Part shown: positions 44,581 through 55,465 of the stretch, piece by piece
Position numbering within the stretch: position 1 is the stretch's first letter
Layout: every line of letters starts with the position of its first letter
DNA from: Deltaproteobacteria bacterium
GTDB lineage: Bacteria > Myxococcota > Kuafuiibacteriia > Kuafuiibacteriales > Kuafuiibacteriaceae
Direction of reading: 5' to 3'
NCBI GenBank assembly: GCA_040218735.1
Contig: JAVJQW010000019.1
Location: forward strand, 288,001-352,000
Length of the DNA: 64,000 nt
The notes under the pieces: generated by a model
Databases searched by the model: none
Seen by the model: the letters and a program-made list of their open reading frames with translations, nothing else
What the model was told of the DNA's origin: nothing
Position numbers and translations under genes: made by a program

Positions 44581-47256
44581 GTGGGGCTGACGTGCACGCT
44601 CCTGCTCGCGCTCGTCGCGCAGCAGCCGCCGGCGCAGCTCACGAAGCCGCCCGAGCTGGTCCAGTACGTCGAGGCGCCGTACCCCGCGGAGGCCGAGGAG
44701 CTCGGGTTGGAGGGCACCGTGGTGCTCACGCTCGACGTCGACGCGGAGGGGCTCGTGCAGCGCGTCGAGCTCGTCGAGTCCGCGGGGTTCGGGTTCGACG
44801 AAGCCGCGATGAACGCGGCGGCCGGTTTTGTCTTCTCGCCGGCCGAGGCGGGGGAGCTCGGGCCGGTGCCGGTGAAGATCACGTATCGCTACGGCTTTGT
44901 GTTGCAGGACCCCACGGCCACCACGACCGCCACCGTCGCGACCGCGACCGCGGCGGATCCCGTCGCGCCGAAGCCGCCCGATCCGATCAACTTCCGCGGG
45001 ACCGTGCTCGAAGCCGGGTTCCGCAAGCCGGTCGCGTTTGCGAACGTCACGGTGTCGATCGCAAACACCGCGACGGTCACGCGCACGTCGACGCAGTCCG
45101 ACGACGCCGGGCGCTTTGCGTTCCGCGGCCTCCCCGCGGGACAGCACGTCGTCACCGTGCGCGCGCCGTTCTTCGAGCGCCTCGACACCAAGGAGCGGGT
45201 GCGCGACGGCGAGGTGTTGGAGGTCGTCTACTTCGCGACGCGCGCCGAGCGTGACCCGTACGAGGTCGTCGTCCGCGCGAAGCTGCCGCGCAAGGAGGTG
45301 TCGCGCACCACGCTGCGCTTCGAAGACGTGGAGCGGCTCCCCGGAACCCAGGGCGACGCCATCCGCGTCGTGCAGAACCTCCCCGGCGTTTCGCGCACGC
45401 CGTTCGGCGTGGGTTTGCTCGTCGTCCGCGGCGCGCCGCCGCAGGACACCGGTGTGTTCCTCGACGGGCACCGCCTCCCGCTCCTGTTCCACTTCGGCGG
45501 GCTCGGCGGTCTGACGAGCGTCGTCTACGCGCGAGCGTTGGAGGGGATCAGCTTTGCGCCCGGTGGGTTCGGTCCGCGGCAGGGGCGCATCTCGGCGGGC
45601 ATCGTGGAGCTCGACACGAAGTTCGCGGCGACCGATCGCGTGCACGGCGAGGCGGTCGTCGACATCGCCGGCGCGTCGGTGTTCTTGGAGGGGCCGGTCT
45701 CCTCCGACCCGAACGACGGTGCGTTCACCATCGCGCTCCGCCGCAGCTATGTGGACGGCGTGCTCGCGGGGGTGCTGTCCGCGCTCGACGCCTCCGCGAC
45801 GTTGGCGCCGCGGTACTACGACTATCAGGTGCGGTACGACCGCCCCGTCGGCGGCGACGACAAGCGGATGTTCTCGCTGCTCGCGTACGGCTCCGACGAC
45901 GAGATCCTCTTGCTCGGGAGCACGACGCAGGCGTCGGGTGCGCCGGAGGGGACGCAGTCGCGCACCTTCTTCCACCGCATCAACCCGAGCTTCACGTACC
46001 GCCCGGACACGAGCACCTGGTTCCGCATCTCACCGATCCTCGGCTATGACTTCACGAACACTCAGACGTCGGGTGACCCGTCCGGCAACAACATCCAGTT
46101 CCGTCTGAGCAATGTGAACGGCGGCGTGCGAGTCGACGGGAAGTCACCGCTGGCAGAAAACCTCCGACTCACCGCGGGCGGTGACTTCCTCTACTTCCGC
46201 TTCGACACGGACAGCACGCTCCCCGTCTTCCCCGCGATCCGCGACTTCCCGAGCCCGTTGCCGACCGACACCGCGCTGCGCGAGGACAAGGTCACCGTCC
46301 CCGCGGTCCTCGGCTCGGCGTACGCGGAGCTGGAGTACCAGCCGTTCGAAGCGCTGCGCATCTGGCCGGGGGTGCGTTTCGATCTCTACAGCTTCGACGC
46401 GGTCGCGGACGTGAATTCGGCGGTCGACCCGCGCCTCGTCGAGGGGCGCTCGTTGTTCGGGTTCGATCCGCGGCTGAGCGCGCGTTACACGCTCACGGAC
46501 AGCGTCAGCCTGAAGGCCCAGGCCGGGCTCTACCAGCAGCCTCCGCTCCCCACGCAGTTCTACGTGAACGCGGACCTCCCGCTACTGAAGGCGCAGCAAT
46601 ATTCGGGTGGGTTCGAGTGGAAAATCATCGACCGACTCTCGCTCGACCTCGTGGGTTTTCATCGCTACCAGTCGAACGTCCCGCGTTTCTCCGGGGACAC
46701 GGAGGTCGTGGACGGCGTGGTGCGCCTCGTCGGCTTCCGGCCGGATGGGTTGCGTCGTTCGTACGGCGCCGAGATGTTGTTGAAGCTCGAGAAGCGCTGG
46801 GGGCTGTTCGGGTGGATCGCGTACACGCTGAGTCGGAGTGAGTTCCGTCGGCGTGACGAGGAGTGGGGGCGCAACCTCTACTTCGACCAGACGCACAACG
46901 TGAACGTGGTCGCGTCGTATGACCTCGGCCTGAATTGGACGCTGTCGATGCGCTTCCGCTACGTGACGGGCGGCGGCCTCCCCACGACGACCTACCGGCA
47001 CTACGACGCCGACGAGGACCAGTACGACCGCGAGACCGGGGACCTCCAGCGCGCGCCGGCGTTCCACCAGCTCGACGTGCGCATCGACAAGCGGTGGATC
47101 TTCGACAGCTGGTACTTGGAGGCGTACCTGGACATCAACAACGTCTACAATCGGAGCAACACGGAGATCTACGTGCCGTCGTTCGACTTCAAAGAGGAGG
47201 TCGCCATCCCGAGCCTCCCGTTCTTCCCGCTCATCGGGTTCAAGGGGGTGTTCTGA
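44581..47256 (+). CDS. TonB-dependent receptor with N-terminal TonB C-terminal domain and carboxypeptidase-regulatory-like domain
   Basis: YPAEAEELGLEGTVVL (TonB_C), plug VVQNLPGV...VRG, barrel region and C-terminal Phe (GFKGVF). Confidence 0.9.
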   Translation: MGLTCTLLLALVAQQPPAQLTKPPELVQYVEAPYPAEAEELGLEGTVVLTLDVDAEGLVQRVELVESAGFGFDEAAMNAAAGFVFSPAEAGELGPVPVKITYRYGFVLQDPTATTTATVATATAADPVAPKPPDPINFRGTVLEAGFRKPVAFANVTVSIANTATVTRTSTQSDDAGRFAFRGLPAGQHVVTVRAPFFERLDTKERVRDGEVLEVVYFATRAERDPYEVVVRAKLPRKEVSRTTLRFEDVERLPGTQGDAIRVVQNLPGVSRTPFGVGLLVVRGAPPQDTGVFLDGHRLPLLFHFGGLGGLTSVVYARALEGISFAPGGFGPRQGRISAGIVELDTKFAATDRVHGEAVVDIAGASVFLEGPVSSDPNDGAFTIALRRSYVDGVLAGVLSALDASATLAPRYYDYQVRYDRPVGGDDKRMFSLLAYGSDDEILLLGSTTQASGAPEGTQSRTFFHRINPSFTYRPDTSTWFRISPILGYDFTNTQTSGDPSGNNIQFRLSNVNGGVRVDGKSPLAENLRLTAGGDFLYFRFDTDSTLPVFPAIRDFPSPLPTDTALREDKVTVPAVLGSAYAELEYQPFEALRIWPGVRFDLYSFDAVADVNSAVDPRLVEGRSLFGFDPRLSARYTLTDSVSLKAQAGLYQQPPLPTQFYVNADLPLLKAQQYSGGFEWKIIDRLSLDLVGFHRYQSNVPRFSGDTEVVDGVVRLVGFRPDGLRRSYGAEMLLKLEKRWGLFGWIAYTLSRSEFRRRDEEWGRNLYFDQTHNVNVVASYDLGLNWTLSMRFRYVTGGGLPTTTYRHYDADEDQYDRETGDLQRAPAFHQLDVRIDKRWIFDSWYLEAYLDINNVYNRSNTEIYVPSFDFKEEVAIPSLPFFPLIGFKGVF

Positions 47257-48419
47257 TGCGGCGCCTCCTCGTCCTGTTGCTCGCCACGAGCGGGTGCTTC
47301 GAGCTCCCCGACGAGTACCGCATCGAGGACCTGCGTATCGTGGAGGTGCGCGCCGAGCCGCCGGAGATCCCGTTCTTCCGGAGCGCACCGATCGGTGGGA
47401 CGGCGGAAGAGGTGTTTGCTTCCGATCTCGCCAACGAAGACATCCGAATGAGTGTCCTCACCGCGCACCCGGACTTGGACGCCGAGTTTACCTACACATG
47501 GTTTAGGTGCGCGCGGGAGAACGAGAACGACGATCGCGTGGGTGGCTACGGTCGCGTGCCGTGTGAGCCCGAGGACGACGAGGTCGAGGCGCCGCTGGTC
47601 GCGGACTCCGACGACAAGGAGCTCATCTTCAGACCCGAGCCAGCGTATGAATTCTCGCCTGTCGACCTCCTCGTCAACGACCTCCTGAACAGTGGGAGCG
47701 ACCAAGTGGGTTTCGTCGGTTCGCTCGCCGAGGACCCCCGCGATCTCTTCAGTGGACTGCGCCTCAACTTCCACGTGCGCACTGTCGTCACCGACGCCGC
47801 CATCAGTGTCGACACCCCCTCGCTCGACGGCCGCAAACGTGTCGTCCTCTTCGACCCCGCGATTGTCGCGCTCGTGCTCCAGGCCGCGCGCGACGGCGAG
47901 CTCGGCGCCGTGCCGATGGTGCAGGGCGTCGACATCCCCTCGCTCTGCACGAACGTCAGCGCCGGCCAATACGGGACGCTCCTCCGCTACCTCCAAACGC
48001 GCGTCCCGAACCAGTCGCCCGACTACCTCGAGCTGGAGCTGACCCGCGAGGGGGCGACGAGCACCGTCGCCTACGATCCGCGCCAGGGGCCGATCGAGCT
48101 CGACGCCGGAGAGTCGCTCCTGCTCGCCGGGCGCGTCAGCGACGAGAGCTTCGAGACCTACCGCGTCATCGACGACAACTGCGAGCTGGTGGAGCTCGAC
48201 GAGACGATGGCGTGGTCGTGGTTCGTCGTCGACGGCGAGCTGTCCGACCACATCACCTCGCTCGAAGCCGAGCGCCGCGACTTCTCCGGGCACGCCACGC
48301 GTTACACCGCGCCGACGGACTTCGAAGGCGACGAGCTGCGCACGCGGATCTACAGCGTGCTGCGCGACGGGCGCGGGGGATCGGACAGCCTGGTCATCGA
48401 AGTCGTCGTTGGACGTTAG
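47256..48419 (+). CDS. Lipoprotein partner of the TonB-dependent receptor
   Basis: Lipobox LLATSGC, RIVEVRAEPPE and VLRDGRGG. The ATG overlaps the receptor stop. Confidence 0.8.
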   Translation: MRRLLVLLLATSGCFELPDEYRIEDLRIVEVRAEPPEIPFFRSAPIGGTAEEVFASDLANEDIRMSVLTAHPDLDAEFTYTWFRCARENENDDRVGGYGRVPCEPEDDEVEAPLVADSDDKELIFRPEPAYEFSPVDLLVNDLLNSGSDQVGFVGSLAEDPRDLFSGLRLNFHVRTVVTDAAISVDTPSLDGRKRVVLFDPAIVALVLQAARDGELGAVPMVQGVDIPSLCTNVSAGQYGTLLRYLQTRVPNQSPDYLELELTREGATSTVAYDPRQGPIELDAGESLLLAGRVSDESFETYRVIDDNCELVELDETMAWSWFVVDGELSDHITSLEAERRDFSGHATRYTAPTDFEGDELRTRIYSVLRDGRGGSDSLVIEVVVGR

Positions 48420-48421
48420 CG

Positions 48422-51400
48422 CTACGGCGTGAGCTGGTAGTCGATCGCGAGGACGAGCTGGTCGACCGTGACCGTCGGCGGGACGGGGCGACGGCCGCGA
48501 CGCCCGCGCGTGGTGACGGCGAAGATCACCCGGTCCGGGCGGGTCGCGACGAGGTCGCCGACGTCGGTGGCCGTCGAGACGTCGGCGCGCGCGGGTGCGG
48601 TGGTCGGCGCTGTGTCGTCGCCGATGACCCGCCACGTGGTTTGGCCGGCGTCGTACGCGAGGACTTCGAAGCCGTTCACCGTCGTGGTGCCGGCGTCGGT
48701 CGCGGCGCCGCCGGCGACGACCGTCGCGGAGAGGCCGGTGATCGCAGCGGGCGTGACGCGTGCCGCGGTCAGATCGACGGACGCGATCACCGCGGGGCGC
48801 GCGTCGGGATCGACGTCGAGATCGTACACCGCGCCCGGCGGCTCCCCCGGAGGGCTGCCGTTCGTCGCGAGGAAGCGGCGCCGCGCGGGATCGTAGTGGT
48901 GGAACGTCGGCCCGTTGTTGACGCCGGCGGGGATCGGCGGGTCCGCGAGATCGACCGGCCGCCAGACGCCCGCGTCGTCGAGCTCGTAGGCGTCGCCGCG
49001 ATCCTCGAACGCCATCACGCGTTCCCGCACTGGGTCGTAGGCGAGGCGGCCTCCCGGGGCCGGAGTCACCGCGGTGAAGCCGTCGTCGTAGCGGTGCGCG
49101 GCGGTGCGGCCGTCGACGATCAGCGCGCCCTGACCGACGGACACCATCTGCGTAAGCTCCGGGTTCAGGCCGAGGTTCGCGGGCCCCTGGTCGAAGCGCG
49201 TCCACGCCGCGCCGTCGAAACGCCACAGCGCCCAGCCGCCGCTCGCCGGCTCGACGAACGTGACGAGCTCGCCGCGCGACGGGTCGTAGGTCGCGACGAG
49301 TGTCTCCAGCACATCGCGAGAGACCGGGCCGCCCGGCGGCGACGTCCACGCGCCCGTCGACGTGAGCACCGAGAACCGCGCCGGGTTCAGCGCGAAGGTC
49401 CGCCCCCAGTAGTACGTCAGGTCGCGCAGCGGATCGAAGGCCACCGTCCCGAGCGTGAGCTCGGGTCCGCCGCTCGCGTGGAGGCGCCACCCGCTCGGCG
49501 ACCAGCGCCATACACGTTCGTCGAGGTCCCCGATCAGCAGCAGCTCCTCGTTCGCGGTGTCGAAGGTCGTCGCGCCGCGGCCCGGGACCGTCGTGGCCGG
49601 CGCTTGGGACGACGGGGTCCGCACGCGGCGACCGGAGGGTGACAGCGCGTAGGTGTCGGCGGGTTCGATGTCGCCCCCGCCGAGCGGAGCGCCGGTGATC
49701 GTGACCGGCGGCTCCTGGCCCACCGACGCGGCGGTGATGCCGATGCCCGCGGGCCCGGCGCCGGGCATCGACGTCCAGGCGGCGCCGTCCCACCACCACG
49801 TGTCCGCCAGCCCCGCGTCCTGTTGCGTGAGCTGCCGTGCGCGTGGCTCTCGGTCCGTCCCCGCGACGACGCCGATCCGCATCGAGCGCGGATCGAACAC
49901 CATCCTGTGACCGCCTCGCGCGGGCGGCCAAGGTTGGGTCCGAGTGAGCTCCGTCCACGTCGTCCCGTCCCAGGCCCACAGATCGTCGAGGGGGTCGCGG
50001 TTGGCGTCGAAGCCTCCGAACAGCAGCACGCGCTCGGTGACCGGGTCGTAGATCATCGCCGCGCGATCGCGCGGGGGCGGCGTCGTCCCGGGCGAGCGCT
50101 CGGTCCATCGCAACCCCGCCGGCGCGTCGCTCGTCGTGCGCACGGCCTCGAGCTCCCACGTGTCACCGAGGGTCTCGCGGAAGCCGGGCACGTCCGGGCC
50201 GGGCACCTGGAGCGTGCCGGTGTTGCCGCCGAACACGACGACGCGGCGGCGCTTCGGATCGTAGGTCACCGCGTGCCCGACACGGCCGACGGGGCCTTCG
50301 CCGAGCAGCGGGACGTCCGCCCACGTCTGGCCGTTCCACCCGAACGCGACGAGCTCGTCGACCGCGGTCTCGGGCAGCGGCGGCGGGGCGACCGGATCGA
50401 GTCGGCGGCACACCACGATCGTCTGGCTGACGCTCGCGGCGAAGGTGGTGTAGCCGAACGGGTCGTCGCCGAACGACGTGCCGTCCTCGCACCGCGGGAA
50501 GCCGGCGGGGTCGCCGCCGCGATGCCACGCGGCGCCGTCCCACTCCCAGACGTCGGTCTGCACGAGGTCGCCGGCCGAGCGACCGCCGACGACGATCGCG
50601 CGTCGGCGCGTCGGGTCGTACGCCGTGCCCGCGAAGCGTCGCGCGTCGGGGGCGGCGACCACGGAGGGGAGGTGGCGGGTGTAGCTGAAGGGGGCCTGCG
50701 CCGTCACGACGCCGCTGCCCGTGGAGGTGAGCGCCGAGATGTCGATGACGTCGCGGCGACCGGGGCCGTCGAAGAGCAGATCGTCGGTCAGGTGGCGCCG
50801 CGTCAGCGCGCGGATCGGTGGCGGGCTGTTGCCGCTCGCGGTCGCGGGCGAGACCCACTGCACGTGCTGAACGAGCGCGGCCTCACGCGCGTGCAGGCTG
50901 CCCGACGCGCTGATCGCGAGCACGTACACCGCGAGTCGATCGACGGGAACGAGCCGCACCGAGAATGCGCCGTTTTCGTCGGCCTGCGCTTGCCCCGCGC
51001 GTACCGCGATGACGTCGGTGCCGTCGAACACCTGCGCGTCGTCGTAGACGTGTACGAACGCAAACGGCGTCACCGCGCCGGGCTGGCCGACCACCTCGAA
51101 CCGCGGCGTCGGATCGTCCGCCGTGCCCCACGCCGCGCGGCGGTAGACGATCCGGCCCGGGGTCTCGACGTCGGGCGGATCGGGCACGCGACGTTCGACG
51201 TCGTAGGCGGCTTCGTCGAGCGTGATGACCGCTTCGTTGCCGGCGAGGTCCGTCGCGGTGAGCACCGGTTGCTGCGGCCCCTCCGGATCCTCGGGGCCGA
51301 CCGTCCGCGTGTACACCCAAGTGCTGTTCACGCGCGCGACGAGATTGAAAGGCAGCTCCGAGTCGGCGAGCGCCAGCGTGGGCGTCGAGCTCACGGTCTC

Positions 51401-52186
51401 CGTGAGCGAGAACGACACGCGCACTTCGATGCCGTCGTCGGCGCGCGTGACCGCGACGAAGTCGCCGGGCGCGGTGAGCTGCAGGACGGTCGTCCCGGGG
51501 ACGACCGCGGGCGGGAAGAGATCGCGCTGCACGACGAGCGACGCGCGGTCCGACGGATAACCGGCGCGGTCCTCGAGCTGCACGACGACGGAGCGCGGTC
51601 CGTCGACGCACGCCCCGGCTTCGCGGCAAGCGGCGTCGAGGTCGTACGGCACGGTGAACGTGTCGCCGCCGTCGACGTCGACGTCGGCGCGCCCCAACGA
51701 CAAGCCCGGGTCCTGCGCGACGATCACGTGCGCGATGTCCGGACGGCTCGACGTGATCCGCAGCGTGACGTTCGGATCACGCGCGAAGCCCAGCTCGGCG
51801 CCGTCGATCGACAGGGCTTCGACCGACGCGACCGCGCGGATCTCGACCTCCACTTCGACGGTCTTCGCCTCGCCCGCCACGAGCGAGAACGGCTCGGAGA
51901 TGCCGTAGCCGAGGATGCGCGCCGTCGCCGGGTCGGGGCCTTCGCGCACCTCGACCACCGCGACGTGGCCCTCGCCGTTACGGACCGACAACGTCGCCGC
52001 GCCCCCCGACGCAGGCACGACCGCGCCGCCGAGCACCGCCCCGCCGTCGTCGCGGACCGTGACGTGGAGCCACGTGTCCTCGATGCGGTTCGCGAGCTCG
52101 CCGGTCAGACGAAAGGAGAGCCCGATGGAGCCTTCGCCCGTGCAACCCAGCGCGAGGAGGACCAGCAGCGGCGCCGCGCGCCGCAT
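48422..52186 (-). CDS. Large lipoprotein with Ig-like domains and Kelch-type beta-propeller repeats (~1254 aa)
   Basis: Lipobox LLALGC and repeated [YF]DP.R...FGG...D.W.WDG..W units. Confidence 0.85.
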   Translation of the reverse strand: MRRAAPLLVLLALGCTGEGSIGLSFRLTGELANRIEDTWLHVTVRDDGGAVLGGAVVPASGGAATLSVRNGEGHVAVVEVREGPDPATARILGYGISEPFSLVAGEAKTVEVEVEIRAVASVEALSIDGAELGFARDPNVTLRITSSRPDIAHVIVAQDPGLSLGRADVDVDGGDTFTVPYDLDAACREAGACVDGPRSVVVQLEDRAGYPSDRASLVVQRDLFPPAVVPGTTVLQLTAPGDFVAVTRADDGIEVRVSFSLTETVSSTPTLALADSELPFNLVARVNSTWVYTRTVGPEDPEGPQQPVLTATDLAGNEAVITLDEAAYDVERRVPDPPDVETPGRIVYRRAAWGTADDPTPRFEVVGQPGAVTPFAFVHVYDDAQVFDGTDVIAVRAGQAQADENGAFSVRLVPVDRLAVYVLAISASGSLHAREAALVQHVQWVSPATASGNSPPPIRALTRRHLTDDLLFDGPGRRDVIDISALTSTGSGVVTAQAPFSYTRHLPSVVAAPDARRFAGTAYDPTRRRAIVVGGRSAGDLVQTDVWEWDGAAWHRGGDPAGFPRCEDGTSFGDDPFGYTTFAASVSQTIVVCRRLDPVAPPPLPETAVDELVAFGWNGQTWADVPLLGEGPVGRVGHAVTYDPKRRRVVVFGGNTGTLQVPGPDVPGFRETLGDTWELEAVRTTSDAPAGLRWTERSPGTTPPPRDRAAMIYDPVTERVLLFGGFDANRDPLDDLWAWDGTTWTELTRTQPWPPARGGHRMVFDPRSMRIGVVAGTDREPRARQLTQQDAGLADTWWWDGAAWTSMPGAGPAGIGITAASVGQEPPVTITGAPLGGGDIEPADTYALSPSGRRVRTPSSQAPATTVPGRGATTFDTANEELLLIGDLDERVWRWSPSGWRLHASGGPELTLGTVAFDPLRDLTYYWGRTFALNPARFSVLTSTGAWTSPPGGPVSRDVLETLVATYDPSRGELVTFVEPASGGWALWRFDGAAWTRFDQGPANLGLNPELTQMVSVGQGALIVDGRTAAHRYDDGFTAVTPAPGGRLAYDPVRERVMAFEDRGDAYELDDAGVWRPVDLADPPIPAGVNNGPTFHHYDPARRRFLATNGSPPGEPPGAVYDLDVDPDARPAVIASVDLTAARVTPAAITGLSATVVAGGAATDAGTTTVNGFEVLAYDAGQTTWRVIGDDTAPTTAPARADVSTATDVGDLVATRPDRVIFAVTTRGRRGRRPVPPTVTVDQLVLAIDYQLTP

Positions 52187-53529
52187 CACGGGACCAGCAC
52201 CTCGAAGTGCACCGCCCCGTCGCGCGCGTAGGCCATGAGCAGCGCGCCGGTGCCGGGGACGGCGAACAGGTGCGTGTTCGAATAGGCGCCCGGGTAGAGC
52301 CGTCCGGCGCTCACGAAGTCCAGGGTGTCGGCGATCGGCATGACCTCCGTGACCGCGTCGGCGTCGGCGTCGTATTGGTAGAGCCGCTCGGTGAACTGGG
52401 ACGTCATCGAGTTCCACGGCTCGCCGTCGTGCATGACGGTGAAGGCGCGGCCGTCGTCGAACACCGTGAGGCCGCCGTTCGATCGGATGTCGATCGCACC
52501 GGAGTCGGCGTAGCCCGAGACGTCGCCGCCGAGGTCGTAGTAGCCGATGCCACCGCCGGGCGATGCGTAGAAGATCCGATCGCCGAGCTTACGGCGCTCC
52601 GCGGAGCCGACCATCGCGCGTTGCTCGACCATCGCGAACGACACCGCCCGATCGTCGCTCCGCATGATCGTCTCCGTACGCGTCGGGAGGTTTCGGTCGT
52701 CGGTCCAGACGAAGAGCAGCCCATCGTCGTCCGGGACCAGCTCGGGCTCCCATACCTGCGTGCGGTCCACCGCGAACGTGGACGTCAGCACGAAGGGCTC
52801 CCCGCCGCGCTGCCCGGCCCGCCAGAATCGGACCGTCTCCATGTCGCTCACCCACTGCGAGCTCATGTAGACGTCGTCGCCGTCGACCGCGAAAGCGCCC
52901 GAGTAGCCGAAGGGCGCGTTGTTGACCGGACCGAGATCCACGGGCCGCGGCGGGCTCCAGGTCTCACCGCCGTCGGTCGTTCGCTGATAGACGAGCACGC
53001 CCTGTAAGGGCTCGCCGGTCACGGCGGCGACGTGCGCCTCGCCGTTGTCGGTCGCGATGATCTCGAAGCCCTGCACGTTGCGCAGACCCATCGGGTGGAG
53101 CTGAAAGCTCTCTCCGCGATCGGTGCTCGTCGCCATGTACCCTTCGCCGTCGCAGACGAGGCCGAGGTAGATGCGCTGGTCGCGATCGACCGCGAAGCGC
53201 TGCGACCAGAACGGGATCTGCGTGTCGCAGTCGAGGCCCCCGTCGTCGATCGTGTAGCGCTGGACCGGGAGGAACGGCGCGGTGCAGCCGCCGAGGATGC
53301 AGGCGTCCCCCGCCTCGCACGCGTTGTCACATCCACCGCAGTGGACGGGATCCGTCGCGAGGTCCGCGCACGCGGCGCCGCACATTTCGCGCGGTGCTTC
53401 GCAGGCCTCGGTCGCTCCGGCGTCGCGTGATCCGGCGTCGCGTTCGACCGGTGGCTCGCGAATCGTGTCGACCGGGCCGCCGCTGCAAGCGACCAGGCCA
53501 CCGACGATCACGAGCCACGTCTCCCGCAC
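52186..53529 (-). CDS. Lipoprotein with Cys-rich repeat and BNR/Asp-box (sialidase-like) propeller
   Basis: Lipobox LVAC, CGAACADLATDPVHCGGCDNAC, and Asp boxes STDRGESF, TTDGGETW and SDDRAVSF. Confidence 0.8.
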   Translation of the reverse strand: MRETWLVIVGGLVACSGGPVDTIREPPVERDAGSRDAGATEACEAPREMCGAACADLATDPVHCGGCDNACEAGDACILGGCTAPFLPVQRYTIDDGGLDCDTQIPFWSQRFAVDRDQRIYLGLVCDGEGYMATSTDRGESFQLHPMGLRNVQGFEIIATDNGEAHVAAVTGEPLQGVLVYQRTTDGGETWSPPRPVDLGPVNNAPFGYSGAFAVDGDDVYMSSQWVSDMETVRFWRAGQRGGEPFVLTSTFAVDRTQVWEPELVPDDDGLLFVWTDDRNLPTRTETIMRSDDRAVSFAMVEQRAMVGSAERRKLGDRIFYASPGGGIGYYDLGGDVSGYADSGAIDIRSNGGLTVFDDGRAFTVMHDGEPWNSMTSQFTERLYQYDADADAVTEVMPIADTLDFVSAGRLYPGAYSNTHLFAVPGTGALLMAYARDGAVHFEVLVP

Positions 53530-53642
53530 CACGACGAGGCTACTACGAACCGCGCGATCGGGTGGCTCGCCGGGCTCGGGTACGCGGACCCCGGATACGA
53601 ATGTTGACACCCGGGGGCTCGGGCCGCCTGGTGGTACGAAAC

Positions 53643-54035
53643 GTGGCGCGTCGTGAGTCCGGACTCGTGCACGAGCACGTCCTCGGGCCGCTCTTCGCGG
53701 CGGCGATGTTGTTCGCGGCGTTCCTCCCCGACTTCGTGCCGCGGCCGCCGTGTGTCTTCCGCACGCTGACCGGTGTCCCGTGCATGACCTGTGGAAGCAC
53801 CCGCGCGGCGTTCGCGCTCGCCCGGCTCGACCCGGTCGAGGCGTGGGTGATGAACCCGTTGATGACCGTCGTGCTGGTGGCGATCGGCGTGTACGTCCTG
53901 CACGCGGCGGCGGTGTTCGCGGGGGTGTCGCGGTCCTGGTCGCTGACGTGGTCGTCGAAGACACGCTGGGCGGGGCGGATCCTCTTGGCGTTGATCGCCG
54001 TCAACTGGGCGTACCTGGTCGCGGTCGGACGTTGA
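53643..54035 (+). CDS. DUF2752-domain membrane protein
   Basis: [19 protein letters not shown]...NP motif. Start uncertain (53643 or 53667). Confidence 0.8.
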   Translation: MARRESGLVHEHVLGPLFAAAMLFAAFLPDFVPRPPCVFRTLTGVPCMTCGSTRAAFALARLDPVEAWVMNPLMTVVLVAIGVYVLHAAAVFAGVSRSWSLTWSSKTRWAGRILLALIAVNWAYLVAVGR

Positions 54036-54066
54036 CGCTGGCGACGCCCCCCGCGATAGTCCCGCC

Positions 54067-54420
54067 GTGGATCGCGAAGAGCTCAAGCGCGTCGTGCGGG
54101 AGGTCCTCGAGGACGAGACCGCTTACGGGTACACGTCCATTGCGGAGCGGTTCTCGGGCGGGGCGCTCTTGATCAAACCGCGGGACGAATCGCTTCAAGC
54201 GAAGGAGATCCCGCTGGAGACCTTCTTCCACAAGATCGTGATGGTGCGCGATCGCCTCCGGGTGCTCGAGCAGAAGATCAACGCGAGCAAGGACCTCTCG
54301 GACGCGGCGAAGGTCGACCTTCAGCAGTACATCACCAAGGTGTACGGGTCGCTCACCTCGTTCAACGTGCTCTTCCACGACCCGGCGGATCAGTTCACGG
54401 GCGCGAAGGGGGCCGAGTGA
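54067..54420 (+). CDS. Conserved hypothetical protein
   Basis: 117 aa containing [27 protein letters not shown]...[16 protein letters not shown]. Confidence 0.75.
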   Translation: MDREELKRVVREVLEDETAYGYTSIAERFSGGALLIKPRDESLQAKEIPLETFFHKIVMVRDRLRVLEQKINASKDLSDAAKVDLQQYITKVYGSLTSFNVLFHDPADQFTGAKGAE

Positions 54421-54935
54421 AGCGGCTCGCGCTGGCGCTGTTGTTGTCCACCGCGGCGTGTAAGTCGTCGACGGCGTCGTCGATGGAGGCACTGCAGGAA
54501 TCGGTCGACGCGTACAACCACGCGTACCGCTGGAAGAACTACGAGCGGGCCGCGTCGTTCCTACCGAACGACATGCGCGCGGCGTTCATCGCGGCGTACG
54601 AGGACGACCAGAAGTCACTGCACATCGAGGACTACCGAATCCTCCAGGTCGACGTCGAAGGTGAGGAAGCGGCCACCGTCATGGTGCGCATGTCGTACAC
54701 GCTCCTCCCGGACATCACCGTCCAGAAGCGAACCCTGACGCAGCACTGGCACAAGGTCGGGGGCGCCTGGATCCTGGAGACCGAAGACGACTCGCTGCGC
54801 GAGATCGAGCTGGGCGCTTCGCCCAAGAATCCCGCGGCGTCCGGGGAGCTCACCCCCCCGGCCAGCGAGAACACCGAGGTCGAGGTCACGTCGCCCGGCG
54901 ACGACATCCCCGAGGACGAGTCCGATCCAGAGTGA
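54417..54935 (+). CDS. Hypothetical lipoprotein (NTF2-like fold possible)
   Basis: Lipobox STAAC, acidic tail and a 4-bp overlap with the upstream gene. Confidence 0.7.
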   Translation: MKRLALALLLSTAACKSSTASSMEALQESVDAYNHAYRWKNYERAASFLPNDMRAAFIAAYEDDQKSLHIEDYRILQVDVEGEEAATVMVRMSYTLLPDITVQKRTLTQHWHKVGGAWILETEDDSLREIELGASPKNPAASGELTPPASENTEVEVTSPGDDIPEDESDPE

Positions 54936-55005
54936 ACCACCCCCGGCTCGAGGGCCGTCTCCGCCTTGAGACGGTCGCCCCCGGGTCCGATGTCTAGCGC
55001 GTACG

Positions 55006-55428
55006 ATGTCGCGTCAGCACTCGGCCTATCAAACCACCCAGCTCTCGGGCATGTCGCCGGGGAAGGTCGTCGAGGCGGTCCTCGACGGCGCCCTGCGCGC
55101 GACCACCCGGGCGATCGTCGCCGCCGAAGAGGGGCACGTCGCGTTGCGCGGCGAGCAGGTCTCTCAGGCGCTCGCTCTCGTCGGCGAGCTCCAGAGCGCC
55201 CTGGATCTCGAGGCGGGCAAGCTCGCGGAGGATCTGTACGCGTTGTACGACTTCGTGATCACGGAGCTGCTCCAGGGCAACCTGAAGAACGAGCCGGACC
55301 GCTTCACGAACGCCGAGGCCGTGCTCACCGAGATCCACGAGGGGTGGGTGCAGATGCTCGAGGCGAGCGAGCAGGCCCCGACGCCGCCCGTGGCGGCCGG
55401 CGATGCCCGCGTGACCGACTACGCCTGA
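55006..55428 (+). CDS. fliS: Flagellin export chaperone FliS
   Basis: AYQ...SPGKVV..LDGA, ELQSALDLEAG.LAEDLYALYDF and EGW. Confidence 0.85.
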   Translation: MSRQHSAYQTTQLSGMSPGKVVEAVLDGALRATTRAIVAAEEGHVALRGEQVSQALALVGELQSALDLEAGKLAEDLYALYDFVITELLQGNLKNEPDRFTNAEAVLTEIHEGWVQMLEASEQAPTPPVAAGDARVTDYA

Positions 55429-55465
55429 CTAATGTTTCGGTTTGAAACGCCGATTCGGTTCGGTG

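Noticed and set aside
54950-55005. Sigma-28 promoter or hairpin upstream of fliS (TCCGATGT; GCCGTCTC/GAGACGGT)
   Set aside because: It is only a partial match to the GCCGATAA -10 box with no convincing -35, too weak to call.
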